Shown: in pieces, positions 25,942 to 35,679 of the stretch
Layout: each line of letters starts with the position of its first letter
Position numbering within the stretch: position 1 is the first letter of the stretch
NCBI GenBank assembly: GCA_964610335.1
Contig: CAZSVP010000003.1
Coordinates: 13,531 to 77,530, forward strand
From: an uncultured Candidatus Saccharibacteria bacterium
Lineage (GTDB): Bacteria; Patescibacteriota; Saccharimonadia; CAILAD01; BJGX01
Length of the DNA: 64,000 bases
Reading direction: 5' to 3'
Translations under genes and position numbers: made by a program
The notes under the pieces: model-generated
Database searches by the model: none
The model's input: the letters and a program-made list of their open reading frames with translations, nothing else
What the model was told of the DNA's origin: nothing

Positions 25942-28842
25942 ATGAGCAAAGAAGCTCCCAAATCAACAAAAGCCCTCGATGAAGAAGCCATGATCAAGCT
26001 CTGGGCCCAAGAAGGCCTGTTTGAAAAGAGCATTGAAAATCGCAAGGGTGGTCCGCGTTTTCGTTTTTATGATGGTCCACCTTTTACTTCTGGCACACCA
26101 CACTATGGTCATGTGGAACAAAGCACCATCAAGGACTCAGTGGCTCGCTACAAAACTATGCAAGGTTATTATGTACCGCGCCGTACGGGTTGTGATACGC
26201 ATGGGCTGCCAATTGAGAATCTGGTTGAAAAAGAGCACGCGTTTAGCGACAAGCAGGACATTATCAAATTCGGTATCGATAATTTTAACAAAGCCTGTCG
26301 AGAGATTGTATTTCGTCACAAGAAAGATTTTGATAATCTCTACGAACGCCTGGGCCGATGGAATGATCCAGATAATGTCTATGCCACACTCGATGATGAT
26401 TATATGGAAAGTGTCTGGTGGGTGTTTAAGACCATTTACGATAAAGGACTTGTTTATAAGGGCTTCAAAAGCATGCCCTACTGTCCACGTTGTGCCACGC
26501 CACTGAGCAACTTTGAGGTCAATGATGGCTACAAGGATGATGTAGAAGATCCTAGCGTTTATGTTAAGTTCAAACTAAAAGATCACAATGAATACATGCT
26601 AGCTTGGACAACTACACCATGGAGCTTACCTGGCAATGCTGCATTGGCTGTCAATCCTAGCGCCAACTATGTCAAAGTTAGTGTCAAAAATGATGAAGAA
26701 AAGACTGAGGTTTTGGTTTTGGCCGAGGATCGACTAGAAGTTTTAGATGCGGATACTTATGAAGTTTTGGAGCGTGTAAAACCATCCGAGCTGGTTGGCC
26801 TAGCATACGAGCCAGTATTCAAACTACAAGGGGATCACACCAATCAAAATGTCTATAAGGTGTGGGAGGCGGATATTGTAAGCATTGATGATGGAACGGG
26901 TGTATTACATATAGCGCCAGCTTTTGGTGAGGATGATCTAAATTTGGGTCAAAAACATGATATTCCGGTAATTAACACTGTTGATACAAATGGTAAGATC
27001 ATGACCGGTTTTGGACTAAGTTTTGAAGGAAAGTTTTTTAAGTCCGCTGATAAATTGATTGTGGAAGAGCTAACCAAGCAGGGTAGTATCTATGCTGCCG
27101 AGACCTTTACTCATACCTATCCATTTTGTTGGCGCTGTGAAACTCCTTTACTGTACTACGCTATGCCTAGCTGGTTTGTTGAAGTTAGCAAATTTCGCGA
27201 TCGGCTAGTACAAACCGGAGAACAAACCAATTGGATTCCCGCTCACGTTAAATCCGGTCGATTCATTAAATGGTTAGAGGGTGCACGTGATTGGGCGGTT
27301 AGCCGCAATCGTTTTTGGGGCACTCCGATACCGGTTTGGGTCAACACAGAAGATGAGACCGATATGATAGTGGTTGGCAGCCTTGAAGAACTTCGCAAAC
27401 TTAGTGGCCACAAAGCTAGTGTCGATTTGCATCGTCCTGGCATAGACAAGATTGAAATCCATCAAAATGGCAAAACCTATAAGCGTATTGAGGAAGTATT
27501 TGATTGTTGGTTTGAATCCGGCTCGATGCCATATGGTCAAGATCACTACCCATTTGAGAACAAACAGGAATTTGACGATTCATTTCCAGCTGAGTTTGTG
27601 GTGGAAGCTATCGAACAAGTTCATTTGTGGTTTTATACCCTACATGTGCTTGCTACAGCTTTGTTTGATCGCCCAGCCTACAAAAACGTTATGGGCTCGG
27701 GACTTATGCTTGGTGAAGACGGGCGTAAATTATCCAAACGCTTGCGCAACTATGCTCCTCCAGAGGAGATATTTGACAGCTTGGGAGCCGATACGCTGCG
27801 CATGTTTATCCTTTCAAGTCCTCTCATGAATGCAGGCGATGTGCGCCTAAGCCAAGATGCACTTAAGGATGTTCATCGCAATCTGTTTGCTAGTTTGCAA
27901 AACTGCTACGGTTTTTACTCGATGTATGCCAAGGTAGATGGCTTCAAACCAGGCAAAAAGCTTGCCAGACCTACGCAGGTATCAGAGCTAGATAAGTGGA
28001 TGCTGGCACGGCTGGATCAGACAATTGCTGAGATGACCAATGCAGCAGATAGGTATCAGCTGCAAAAAGCTACAACACCACTTTTCAAACTACTCGATGA
28101 TTTGTCCAACTGGTACATCCGCCGATCGCGCCGCCGTTTTTGGAAATCTGATAATGATACAGATAAGAAAGCTGCTTACCAGACGCTGCATTTTTGTTTG
28201 CTCACCATCACTCAGCTACTTGCGCCATGGGCACCTTTCTTGTCTGATGAGCTGTATCGCAAATTGACAGTCGGTATGGTGTTGCCCGAGTCTGTACATC
28301 TGTCTGACTGGCCAAAAGCTGTCAAAGTAGATGAAAAGGTCCTCGAAACTATGGCCCTAGTACGCCAAGTCGTCAACGAGGGCTTGGCACAGCGGGCCAA
28401 GGCTGGAATAAAAGTGCGTCAACCACTAGAGAGTGTGGACGTAGCACTACCAAACCAGCTCGATCCGCAGCTACAAGATATTATTGCGGAAGAGCTCAAT
28501 GTCAAAGCTGTTTCGGTGACTAAGTCCGATACTATGACGGTTACACTCAATACCAAGCTGACAGATGAGCTGAAAGCTGAAGGTTTGGCTCGTGAGTTGA
28601 TCCGACATATTCAGCAGGGACGTAAGGAAGCCGGTCTGGAAGTGGAGAATCACATCTTACTTACTGTAGCAGCACCAGATGCTCAAGCTAAGCAGCTACA
28701 AGCGCATGCCAAGTTGATTGCGATGGAGACGCTGGCTGACCAGCTAGACTGGAACAAACCTATCGAGACAGCCCACCACAAGACTGCTACAATAGATGGC
28801 GATGAGTACATCATTGGCATCCAAATCTCAAAGGCTAGCTAA
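25942..28842 (+). CDS. ileS: Isoleucyl-tRNA synthetase
   Basis: HYGH motif (GTPHYGHVEQ), KMSKS motif (KLSKRL), CP1 editing domain and a Zn-less C-terminus. The ATG at 25942 (MSKEAPK) is preferred. Confidence 0.95.
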   Translation: MSKEAPKSTKALDEEAMIKLWAQEGLFEKSIENRKGGPRFRFYDGPPFTSGTPHYGHVEQSTIKDSVARYKTMQGYYVPRRTGCDTHGLPIENLVEKEHAFSDKQDIIKFGIDNFNKACREIVFRHKKDFDNLYERLGRWNDPDNVYATLDDDYMESVWWVFKTIYDKGLVYKGFKSMPYCPRCATPLSNFEVNDGYKDDVEDPSVYVKFKLKDHNEYMLAWTTTPWSLPGNAALAVNPSANYVKVSVKNDEEKTEVLVLAEDRLEVLDADTYEVLERVKPSELVGLAYEPVFKLQGDHTNQNVYKVWEADIVSIDDGTGVLHIAPAFGEDDLNLGQKHDIPVINTVDTNGKIMTGFGLSFEGKFFKSADKLIVEELTKQGSIYAAETFTHTYPFCWRCETPLLYYAMPSWFVEVSKFRDRLVQTGEQTNWIPAHVKSGRFIKWLEGARDWAVSRNRFWGTPIPVWVNTEDETDMIVVGSLEELRKLSGHKASVDLHRPGIDKIEIHQNGKTYKRIEEVFDCWFESGSMPYGQDHYPFENKQEFDDSFPAEFVVEAIEQVHLWFYTLHVLATALFDRPAYKNVMGSGLMLGEDGRKLSKRLRNYAPPEEIFDSLGADTLRMFILSSPLMNAGDVRLSQDALKDVHRNLFASLQNCYGFYSMYAKVDGFKPGKKLARPTQVSELDKWMLARLDQTIAEMTNAADRYQLQKATTPLFKLLDDLSNWYIRRSRRRFWKSDNDTDKKAAYQTLHFCLLTITQLLAPWAPFLSDELYRKLTVGMVLPESVHLSDWPKAVKVDEKVLETMALVRQVVNEGLAQRAKAGIKVRQPLESVDVALPNQLDPQLQDIIAEELNVKAVSVTKSDTMTVTLNTKLTDELKAEGLARELIRHIQQGRKEAGLEVENHILLTVAAPDAQAKQLQAHAKLIAMETLADQLDWNKPIETAHHKTATIDGDEYIIGIQISKAS

Positions 28843-29977
28843 GTCAGCTAGTACTGCAGCCACCAAATCAAGCCACTTGCCGCGTGGTCTTATTGTGGCT
28901 GTGGCTTTTGTGACTATTGTTGGCCTGCTTATTCACTACTCACTGGGGTTACGGGGTGGCACATTTATACTGAGCGATTTCTACCGGCAGTCTATTGCGG
29001 CGGCGATCGGGGCGGTGGTGCTAATACTACTTACCAAACTTGATTACAGGATATTCAAGGACTATGCCAACTTGCTGTACATCATAGCAGTGGCGAGTCT
29101 ACTGCTGGTCGATGTGATCGGTGCGACGCGACTTGGTGCGACACGTTGGATTAGTATTGGATTGCTGCAGATACAACCATCGGAGTTTGCCAAGCTGTTT
29201 AGTATAATTTTCTTTGCGCAGTACATTAGCCAGCATCAGTTTGAGAGTCGATCTTGGAAAGTTCTACTCAAGAGTATTGGGCTGCTGGCAGTACCGGCGT
29301 TGTTGGTTCTGGCACAGCCTGATCTAGGAACTGCCTCGGTGTTTGTGGCTTGCTGGTTGGCAATAGTGTTGGCATCGAAACTACCCAAACTACCATTGGT
29401 TATTGTCTTACTAGTGGGCTTACTGATGCTACCGCTTGGCTACCGCTTCTTGGCGCCTTACCAAAAACAGCGTGTAGATAGTTTTCTATCGGCCCACAAT
29501 GACAAACAAGGCAGCGGCTACAATGTCAAACAGGCTCAGATAGCAATTGGTTCGGGCGGCATGTGGGGTCGGGGGTTGATGGCAGGCTCGCAGAGCGAAG
29601 GTAATTTCTTACCCAGTCATAGCACCGACTTTGTGTTTGCAGTGGTATCAGAAAAACTAGGTTTTCTAGGCTCTAGTTTGTTGGTGCTGGCACTCTACTA
29701 CATTGTGGCGCAGATATTACTGATTGGCTTCCGCGCCGCTGATTGGTTTGGCACTTTGCTGTGTGTTGGTATTGCTACCATGCTGTTTATACACGTCACA
29801 GTCAATGTTGGCATGAATCTTGGCTTGCTGCCAGTAACTGGCATCCCGCTGGCATTTGTATCGTTAGGCGGTAGTAGCCTAATAGTTATGTTGGCAAGTG
29901 TTGGGTTGAGTTTGAGTGTGGCGGCGCGCAGTCACCGCTTGCCGCGTTATCAAGAAGATGATCGGGTGGTGTACTAA
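28796..29977 (+). CDS. ftsW: SEDS family peptidoglycan polymerase (FtsW/RodA)
   Basis: Ten-TM profile with motifs ...GSGYNVKQAQIAIGSGGMWGRG... and ...SHSTDFVFAVVSEKLG.... The true start may be a downstream TTG or GTG, because the track ORF overlaps the ileS end by 47 bp. Confidence 0.8.
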   Translation: MAMSTSLASKSQRLAKSASTAATKSSHLPRGLIVAVAFVTIVGLLIHYSLGLRGGTFILSDFYRQSIAAAIGAVVLILLTKLDYRIFKDYANLLYIIAVASLLLVDVIGATRLGATRWISIGLLQIQPSEFAKLFSIIFFAQYISQHQFESRSWKVLLKSIGLLAVPALLVLAQPDLGTASVFVACWLAIVLASKLPKLPLVIVLLVGLLMLPLGYRFLAPYQKQRVDSFLSAHNDKQGSGYNVKQAQIAIGSGGMWGRGLMAGSQSEGNFLPSHSTDFVFAVVSEKLGFLGSSLLVLALYYIVAQILLIGFRAADWFGTLLCVGIATMLFIHVTVNVGMNLGLLPVTGIPLAFVSLGGSSLIVMLASVGLSLSVAARSHRLPRYQEDDRVVY

Positions 29978-30516
29978 TGCGACACAAGCGTAAGCTACTG
30001 TCACTATTGCCAGTGCTGCTGGTAGTAGGTACCCTGTTGATTTACCGGGGTATTGAACTAAGCAAAGCCCCACCAACTGCTAGCGCTGGTGGTGATGTAC
30101 AACTACAAAAAGCAATCGATGGTGACACTATTGAGGTGGTTGATCATGGTACCAAACATACAGTACGGTTGATAGGTATCAACACGCCTGAGACTGTCGA
30201 TCCTCGCAAGCCAGTGCAGTGCTTTGGCCACGAGGCTAGCCAAAAAACCAAGGAGCTCACAGCTGGCGGTATAGCCCGGCTCGAAGTGGATCCTCTGGTT
30301 GGCGATACCGACAAATATGGCCGCTGGCTGCGTTATGTCTACTTGCCCGATGGCAGTATGCTCAATGCCCGACTTGTGGCCGAAGGCTATGCCTATGAGT
30401 ATACTTACCAAAGTCAGCCCTACACTCACCAAGCCGAGTTCAAAGCCGCTGCCAAAGCTGCGCGTGAACAAGGCCTAGGATTGTGGAGCGATATCACTTG
30501 TGCCGGCAAACTTTAG
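29977..30516 (+). CDS. Secreted thermonuclease (staphylococcal nuclease/SNase-like) with an N-terminal signal or TM
   Basis: DGDTIEV…VRLIGINTPE…GRWLRYVY..DG..LNARLVAEGYA is the SNase fold signature. Confidence 0.8.
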   Translation: MRHKRKLLSLLPVLLVVGTLLIYRGIELSKAPPTASAGGDVQLQKAIDGDTIEVVDHGTKHTVRLIGINTPETVDPRKPVQCFGHEASQKTKELTAGGIARLEVDPLVGDTDKYGRWLRYVYLPDGSMLNARLVAEGYAYEYTYQSQPYTHQAEFKAAAKAAREQGLGLWSDITCAGKL

Positions 30517-30564
30517 TTGATTGCCAAGTAGTATAACCAAACATTAGTATGTATAATTGATCTT

Positions 30565-30924
30565 ATGAAACACACCATCAAACTCAATGATCAAGATGTT
30601 ATCGAGATGCACTACGTCGGACCGATTAGTGAAGAAGAAAACATGGACCTTATAAAACAATCATATGAGCTAATAACAAAGCAGATTGATCGTGGTAAGA
30701 AGCCATTAATATTGGTTGATCTATCGCAGAGCACACACTTTGTGCCACCAGCAATCAATGTCAATGCCATGCGTGATAGTGAAGCTTTTAAGATGGCTGG
30801 TTTTGGTATTACCAACGCGAAGGATCGCGAGGTAGCCCTCGGAGTTATTGCCAAGGCTGGCGCTCAAGATCACGTCCGATTGTTTGATGATCGCAACCAA
30901 GCCGAGGCATGGCTCAATAGTTAA
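30565..30924 (+). CDS. Hypothetical protein, possibly STAS/anti-sigma-antagonist-like
   Basis: 119 aa with a weak resemblance to SpoIIAA-like proteins, including a C-terminal …FDDRNQAEAWL. Low certainty. Confidence 0.3.
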   Translation: MKHTIKLNDQDVIEMHYVGPISEEENMDLIKQSYELITKQIDRGKKPLILVDLSQSTHFVPPAINVNAMRDSEAFKMAGFGITNAKDREVALGVIAKAGAQDHVRLFDDRNQAEAWLNS

Positions 30925-30973
30925 CACTTGTGCTTCAGCCGTAGCGTAGCCGCTACATGATATAATACTAGAT

Positions 30974-31702
30974 ATGATAGAAATCCGTGATGTAACTAAG
31001 ACATACGGTAAGGGTGACAATTTGTTTACGGCTCTCTACAATGTGTCGTTTACTATCCCTACCGGTAGCTCCGTGGCCATTATTGGCAAAAGTGGTTCGG
31101 GCAAATCCACGCTCATGCATGTTATGAGTGGGCTTGACCATACCACCAATGGCGAGATTGTGATCCACGGTGATAGCTTGCAATCAATGAAGCCACGCCA
31201 GATTGATAAATTTCGATCACGGGAGATGAGCTTTATCTTCCAGGCTTTTTTTGTCGAGGCCAATCAGACTTGTTATCAAAATGTGATGTTACCTCTCGAG
31301 ATTGCCAAGGTTGCACGGCGCAGCCGTCGCAAGATGGTGCTGGACGCACTCAAGGCAGTTGGGCTTGAAGAGAAGGTCAACGCTCAGGCCAATAGCTTGT
31401 CGGGTGGACAGAAGCAACGCCTGGCCATAGCTCGAGCCATTGTAAATAAACCCAAACTAATATTTGCTGATGAGCCGACTGGTAATCTCGATAGCAGCAC
31501 TGGCGAGATGATCATTAAGTTACTTTTCAAACTCAATCGCACGCTTGGCTGTACACTCGTCATTGTGACTCACGACCCAGAGTTGGCTCAGCGCTGTAAA
31601 CATCAGATTCATCTCAAAGACGGACAACTGGTACAAGCAACTTCGCCAGTCAATGCTATCAAGCGGTCAAACAAGCGAGTGATTAAACGGATGGGGCTCT
31701 GA
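30974..31702 (+). CDS. ABC transporter ATP-binding protein (MacB/LolD/FtsE-like)
   Basis: Walker A GKSGSGKST, signature LSGGQKQR and Walker B LIFADEPT. Confidence 0.9.
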   Translation: MIEIRDVTKTYGKGDNLFTALYNVSFTIPTGSSVAIIGKSGSGKSTLMHVMSGLDHTTNGEIVIHGDSLQSMKPRQIDKFRSREMSFIFQAFFVEANQTCYQNVMLPLEIAKVARRSRRKMVLDALKAVGLEEKVNAQANSLSGGQKQRLAIARAIVNKPKLIFADEPTGNLDSSTGEMIIKLLFKLNRTLGCTLVIVTHDPELAQRCKHQIHLKDGQLVQATSPVNAIKRSNKRVIKRMGL

Positions 31703-33045
31703 TGTACTGGACAGATCTATTTCGACGCTCGGGACGCAATCTGCGCAGTGCCAAGGCGCGTACTATATTGACCGCTGCTGCCATAGCAGTTGGGGCTTTT
31801 GCACTGACTTTGACATTGGCTGCCAGCAATGGCGCTCAAGCCTATGTCGGTAAGATTATTGCTGAGAATTTTGATCCAGCCGAGCTGATTGTTACCAATG
31901 ACACGGCAGTTTTTGGGCAGGGTGACAGCACCAAACCGCGCGAATACGATCCTAGCTTTGGTGCTGGCGCGAGTAACTCGGGTGCCGTCACTCAGGTCAA
32001 GAAGATCACCCAGGCCGATGTCGACAAGCTCAAAGCACTCAATGGTGTGGAGTCGGTACGGGAGTATATAAGTGTCAATCTTCAGTATCTAACGCGTGAC
32101 GACCAGAAAAAGTATGTTGCTACAGTGTCGGTATTCAACCCGTCACAAAAACCACAGCTACTGGCTGGTAGTATTCCAAACCCGCTCAATAACAAGCAAG
32201 CGTTGCTGCCGGAGGGCTATGTATCGGCACTTGGCTTTAGCAGCCCACAAGATGCGATCGGCAAAAAGGTAAAGTTGGTAGTAGCTGAGCCGGCAGCAGT
32301 TGCAACTCGCGGACCATTTGGTACCGTGGTGGCGACTTCACCCAAGACTATCGAGCAAGAGTATACTGTAGCGGCAGTACTCAAGAAACCAGTCACGGCT
32401 CAGCCAGGCACCGAGCTATACCTATACATTGGCCTCGATGACGCTCGGGCGCTCAACGATCTTACGACTGCCAATACGGCCGAGTATCGCAAGTACGACG
32501 CTGTCTATGTGAAGGTTTTGGATGGCCAGAACCAGGCTAGTCTGGAGAAGGTACAGGCTGAGATCAAGAAGCTGGGCTATGAGGCTCAGAGTGTCAAAGA
32601 CACCCAAGAGTTTCTCAACCAAATTATTGCGGTGTTGCAAGGCATAGTAGCGGCCTTTGCGTTTATTGCTATCATCGCCTCGGTGTTCGGTATTATCAAC
32701 ACTATGTATATCAGTGTGGTGCAGCGTACCCGTGAGATAGGGCTGATGAAAGCACTGGGTATGCGCAAGCGCGACATTGGCCGGCTTTTCCGCCTCGAAG
32801 CGGCCTGGATTGGCTTACTTGGTGGTTTGATCGGCTCACTACTAGCAATCGGGTTGGGCTTTGCGCTTAACCCTTGGATTACTAAGCAGCTTGATCTGGG
32901 CGACGGCAACTACTTGCTAATATTCAAGCCGATTGAGGTAGTGATCTTGATAATTATACTGATACTAGTATCGATTGTTGCTGGTTGGCTACCATCACGC
33001 AAGGCAGCTCGGCTCGACCCCATCGAGGCACTTAGAACAGAATAA
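31702..33045 (+). CDS. ABC transporter permease, FtsX/MacB family, with a large extracytoplasmic domain
   Basis: TM1, a periplasmic domain of about 250 aa, then an FtsX C-terminal three-TM bundle (…GLMKALGMRKRDI…). Translationally coupled to the ATPase. Confidence 0.85.
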   Translation: MYWTDLFRRSGRNLRSAKARTILTAAAIAVGAFALTLTLAASNGAQAYVGKIIAENFDPAELIVTNDTAVFGQGDSTKPREYDPSFGAGASNSGAVTQVKKITQADVDKLKALNGVESVREYISVNLQYLTRDDQKKYVATVSVFNPSQKPQLLAGSIPNPLNNKQALLPEGYVSALGFSSPQDAIGKKVKLVVAEPAAVATRGPFGTVVATSPKTIEQEYTVAAVLKKPVTAQPGTELYLYIGLDDARALNDLTTANTAEYRKYDAVYVKVLDGQNQASLEKVQAEIKKLGYEAQSVKDTQEFLNQIIAVLQGIVAAFAFIAIIASVFGIINTMYISVVQRTREIGLMKALGMRKRDIGRLFRLEAAWIGLLGGLIGSLLAIGLGFALNPWITKQLDLGDGNYLLIFKPIEVVILIIILILVSIVAGWLPSRKAARLDPIEALRTE

Positions 33046-33117
33046 AAATATCCATGAATGGAAAACGACCCGCAGAAGCGAGATCGTTTCCGTGGGTCGT
33101 ATAGTGCTGATTGATGC

Positions 33118-33486
33118 TCAGCGAGTAGGACTGGCGCGTTGGGCGATGATGCCATCCAGGGCGTCGCACTTGAGATGGGGGAACAGCAGTGGCTCGAGTC
33201 GCTCCAGCTCGCGCAGAAAGCCACTGAGCCGGTATTCGGTCAAGAACTTGGCCGAAGCCACGGGCATGCTCAGCAACAATGTGCTGTAGAGCGGCCGGCG
33301 CACTCGGCCACGGCTGCGAATCATCACCACACTGGCCGCGAAGTGCAACATGTAGGTGCCGGCCATGGCCAGGTCGACTTGCTTGTTGCGGCGGATCCAC
33401 ACGTGAGCCTGTCGCTCCAGTTGGTTCATCTGCTCTCGGTAGTTGGCGCGTCGACGCGCTTCGTCTGACAGGGGAATGGTCACCAC
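33118..33486 (-). CDS. Hypothetical protein in the GC-rich block
   Basis: The 122-aa ORF has protein-like composition (…LSDEARRRANYREQMNQLERQ…). The overlapping ORFs on the other frames look like GC-rich artefacts. Confidence 0.3.
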   Translation of the reverse strand: MVTIPLSDEARRRANYREQMNQLERQAHVWIRRNKQVDLAMAGTYMLHFAASVVMIRSRGRVRRPLYSTLLLSMPVASAKFLTEYRLSGFLRELERLEPLLFPHLKCDALDGIIAQRASPTR

Positions 33487-33554
33487 AGCTCCTGGGTTTT
33501 TGGGGATACAGTAAAGCTGGCATATTATACAATATTGCTACCATACGATCAATA

Positions 33555-34721
33555 CTAAGAGCCAACGATGTAGAGTTCTTGCTCGGCTCGGGTGACTGCC
33601 GTATATAGCCAGCGGCGCCAATCTTGCTCACTCATTTTGGAAAACCGCTCTTCAAACACTAGTACCTTTTGGGCTTGCGAGCCTTGAGCTTTGTGCACTG
33701 TAAGTCCATAGCCGAAGTCAAATAGTCCGACCAAGTCTGCCTTGTCGCGTTTGGGCGCGCGTGACATGGTAGTGGTTTCGCCAAACTGAGCCCGTGGCAC
33801 GTAGCCGTCGAAGCGCAGGCCATCGAAGTTGGCCTGCATATGCCACCATAGCTGATCAATGTCATCGTCGGCCGTAGTGATTGACTCGATCACACCGAGC
33901 TGGCCATTGGCCAAGCCACTTTCGTGATTGTTGCGCAAACACACGATGGTATCACCAGCTTTGGGCTCAGCGCCTTCAAAACCTTTGAGCTGGCGGACAT
34001 GTGCATTGAGTCGCTGGCGCGTGTGATTGTAGCCACACAGCACCATAGTGTCACTAGTGTGGGAGTGCAGTATTGCCTCTACCACATCGCCGGTTTCGCC
34101 ATTACTGCGATCGAGCTTGCGCACACTTGCGGAGTAGTCACCGATTGGGATAATGCCAGATGTGCGAGCCATAGTCGCGAGCTGGATGATAGGGCTATCG
34201 GCCGCTTGACGCCAGATCTTTTCGAGCCGCAGTTCGGGCTCATCCATGAGATTAAATGTAGAGTTGATCGGTGGTAGCTGACCATGGTCACCAACTGCCA
34301 ATATTGGCTTGTCAAAACTCAGAGCGTCGTCCCAGATCTCTTCGTTGACCATACTCGCCTCGTCGATAATTATTAGATCACACTTTAGCTCCTCGCGTTT
34401 TTTGAAGAAGAAGCCACCATCAGCCCGCTCTTGGCGACGGTACATCAGGCTATGTAGGGTACTGACAGTGTCGCTACTTTGCAGTATTTTGGCTTCGCGC
34501 AGCCGATTCTTGAGTACTAGGGCAGCTTTGCCGGTGTAGGCTGCAAAGCCCACTTTCATAGAGGGCTTGTTCTTGTGTAGCACCTGGCGCAGGGCTGCTA
34601 GCAAGGTGGTCTTGCCCGTGCCGGCATAACCACCGAGAGTGATGTACTGTTTGTCGGGATCTTTGAGCCACTGACCTATGGAAGTCAGCGCAGCGGCTTG
34701 ATCGGCGGAATACTTTTGCAT
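33555..34721 (-). CDS. Superfamily-1 DNA helicase of the RecD/Dda/TraA-like type (AAA_30 plus UvrD_C_2)
   Basis: Walker A GYAGTGKTTL, Walker B LIIDEASM, and C-terminal motifs VHKAQGSQ and TAVTRA. At 388 aa it is a small phage- or plasmid-type helicase. Confidence 0.8.
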   Translation of the reverse strand: MQKYSADQAAALTSIGQWLKDPDKQYITLGGYAGTGKTTLLAALRQVLHKNKPSMKVGFAAYTGKAALVLKNRLREAKILQSSDTVSTLHSLMYRRQERADGGFFFKKREELKCDLIIIDEASMVNEEIWDDALSFDKPILAVGDHGQLPPINSTFNLMDEPELRLEKIWRQAADSPIIQLATMARTSGIIPIGDYSASVRKLDRSNGETGDVVEAILHSHTSDTMVLCGYNHTRQRLNAHVRQLKGFEGAEPKAGDTIVCLRNNHESGLANGQLGVIESITTADDDIDQLWWHMQANFDGLRFDGYVPRAQFGETTTMSRAPKRDKADLVGLFDFGYGLTVHKAQGSQAQKVLVFEERFSKMSEQDWRRWLYTAVTRAEQELYIVGS

Positions 34722-34826
34722 AAGACAATTATTGTAGCACGCCAGCTACCAAGCATTGATCTCATGGTTGTGTCGACTTGGCTGGTTTGCTAAAGTGTTC
34801 CGTAATACGCCAGATCGGCGTGAATC

Positions 34827-35546
34827 TTGAGAAAAGGGGGGAGACCCATGAGGCAGCCTGACGATCTCGATGAGCTCGAGATCACCATGCTCGAGGAGCT
34901 GGCAGAGCGTGGCGCCGTTGCGGATAGCGACAATGCTGCCGCTGAGCTGGCATACCGCATTGGCGAGCGGGTCGGCACTGTGGTCAATGGCCGCATTCGT
35001 CGGCTCACCAGACTCCAGCTCGTGGCAGTGACCAATGGTGGTGGTGAGCTGTACAGCGGCATTGCCATCACCAAGGCTGGTTGTCGAGCGGCCCAGATCG
35101 ACTCCCGCTTGGCACGGCGACCACCGGCCCCAACACCGGAGGGATTCAACGCCCATACACCCGTGGTTCGTACCAGGCTTGGCCAGCCACACAGCCTGAC
35201 ACCTGCTAGCAAGCCTGCCGTCCGTGTAACATCGGCGCCAGTGTCGCAGCCAGCGTCAGCACAACCGCGCCAAGCTGCTCAGCCGCGGTCGCGATCCCGC
35301 ATGCATGAGCTCGATCAAGCAGTGTTGCAAGCGCTCGTGAATGGGCCGATCAAGGATCACAACAGTGCCGCCGGCGTGTTGGCGCGCCGACTGGGAGTGG
35401 CGCGCACCAATGGCTTCTCCATGCGACTCAAGGTACTGGCTGATCGTGGCTACATCGATCGCGTGGTAGCCCAAAAGCGCACCTTCAGCATCGCCATCAC
35501 CGAGTCCGGGCGGGCAGCCTTGACCGCTGCTCTGGCGGCGTCGTAG
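34827..35546 (+). CDS. Hypothetical protein with two winged-helix-like repeats and a Pro/Ala/Gln-rich linker
   Basis: Internally repeated segments (…LAYRIGERVGTVVNGRIRRLTRLQLV… and …LARRLGVARTNGFSMRLKVLADRGYI…). High GC. Confidence 0.4.
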   Translation: MRKGGRPMRQPDDLDELEITMLEELAERGAVADSDNAAAELAYRIGERVGTVVNGRIRRLTRLQLVAVTNGGGELYSGIAITKAGCRAAQIDSRLARRPPAPTPEGFNAHTPVVRTRLGQPHSLTPASKPAVRVTSAPVSQPASAQPRQAAQPRSRSRMHELDQAVLQALVNGPIKDHNSAAGVLARRLGVARTNGFSMRLKVLADRGYIDRVVAQKRTFSIAITESGRAALTAALAAS

Positions 35547-35679
35547 CCCAACTGCTCAACTATACCGACCCCTAGCCGAAGACCCTTGGCTGGGGGTCTT
35601 CGTGCTTTTAGGACCAAGTAGTATTGTTGTTTTTGTGCTGCCTCTATCCGAGCACTGCAAAACAACGTAGTATAAGTAT

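Noticed and set aside
26021-26506. 161-aa ORF and several other ORFs nested inside ileS, infB, priA, ftsZ and hsdR on other frames
   Set aside because: They are embedded in genes with unambiguous family signatures on the primary frame. They have no RBS or motif support.
33032-33631. 199-aa and other overlapping ORFs (33139-33468 +, 33279-33608 +)
   Set aside because: These are alternative-frame ORFs typical of GC-rich DNA, with His/Arg/Pro-rich low-complexity translations. Only the 33118-33486 minus-strand frame looks protein-like, and even that is low confidence.
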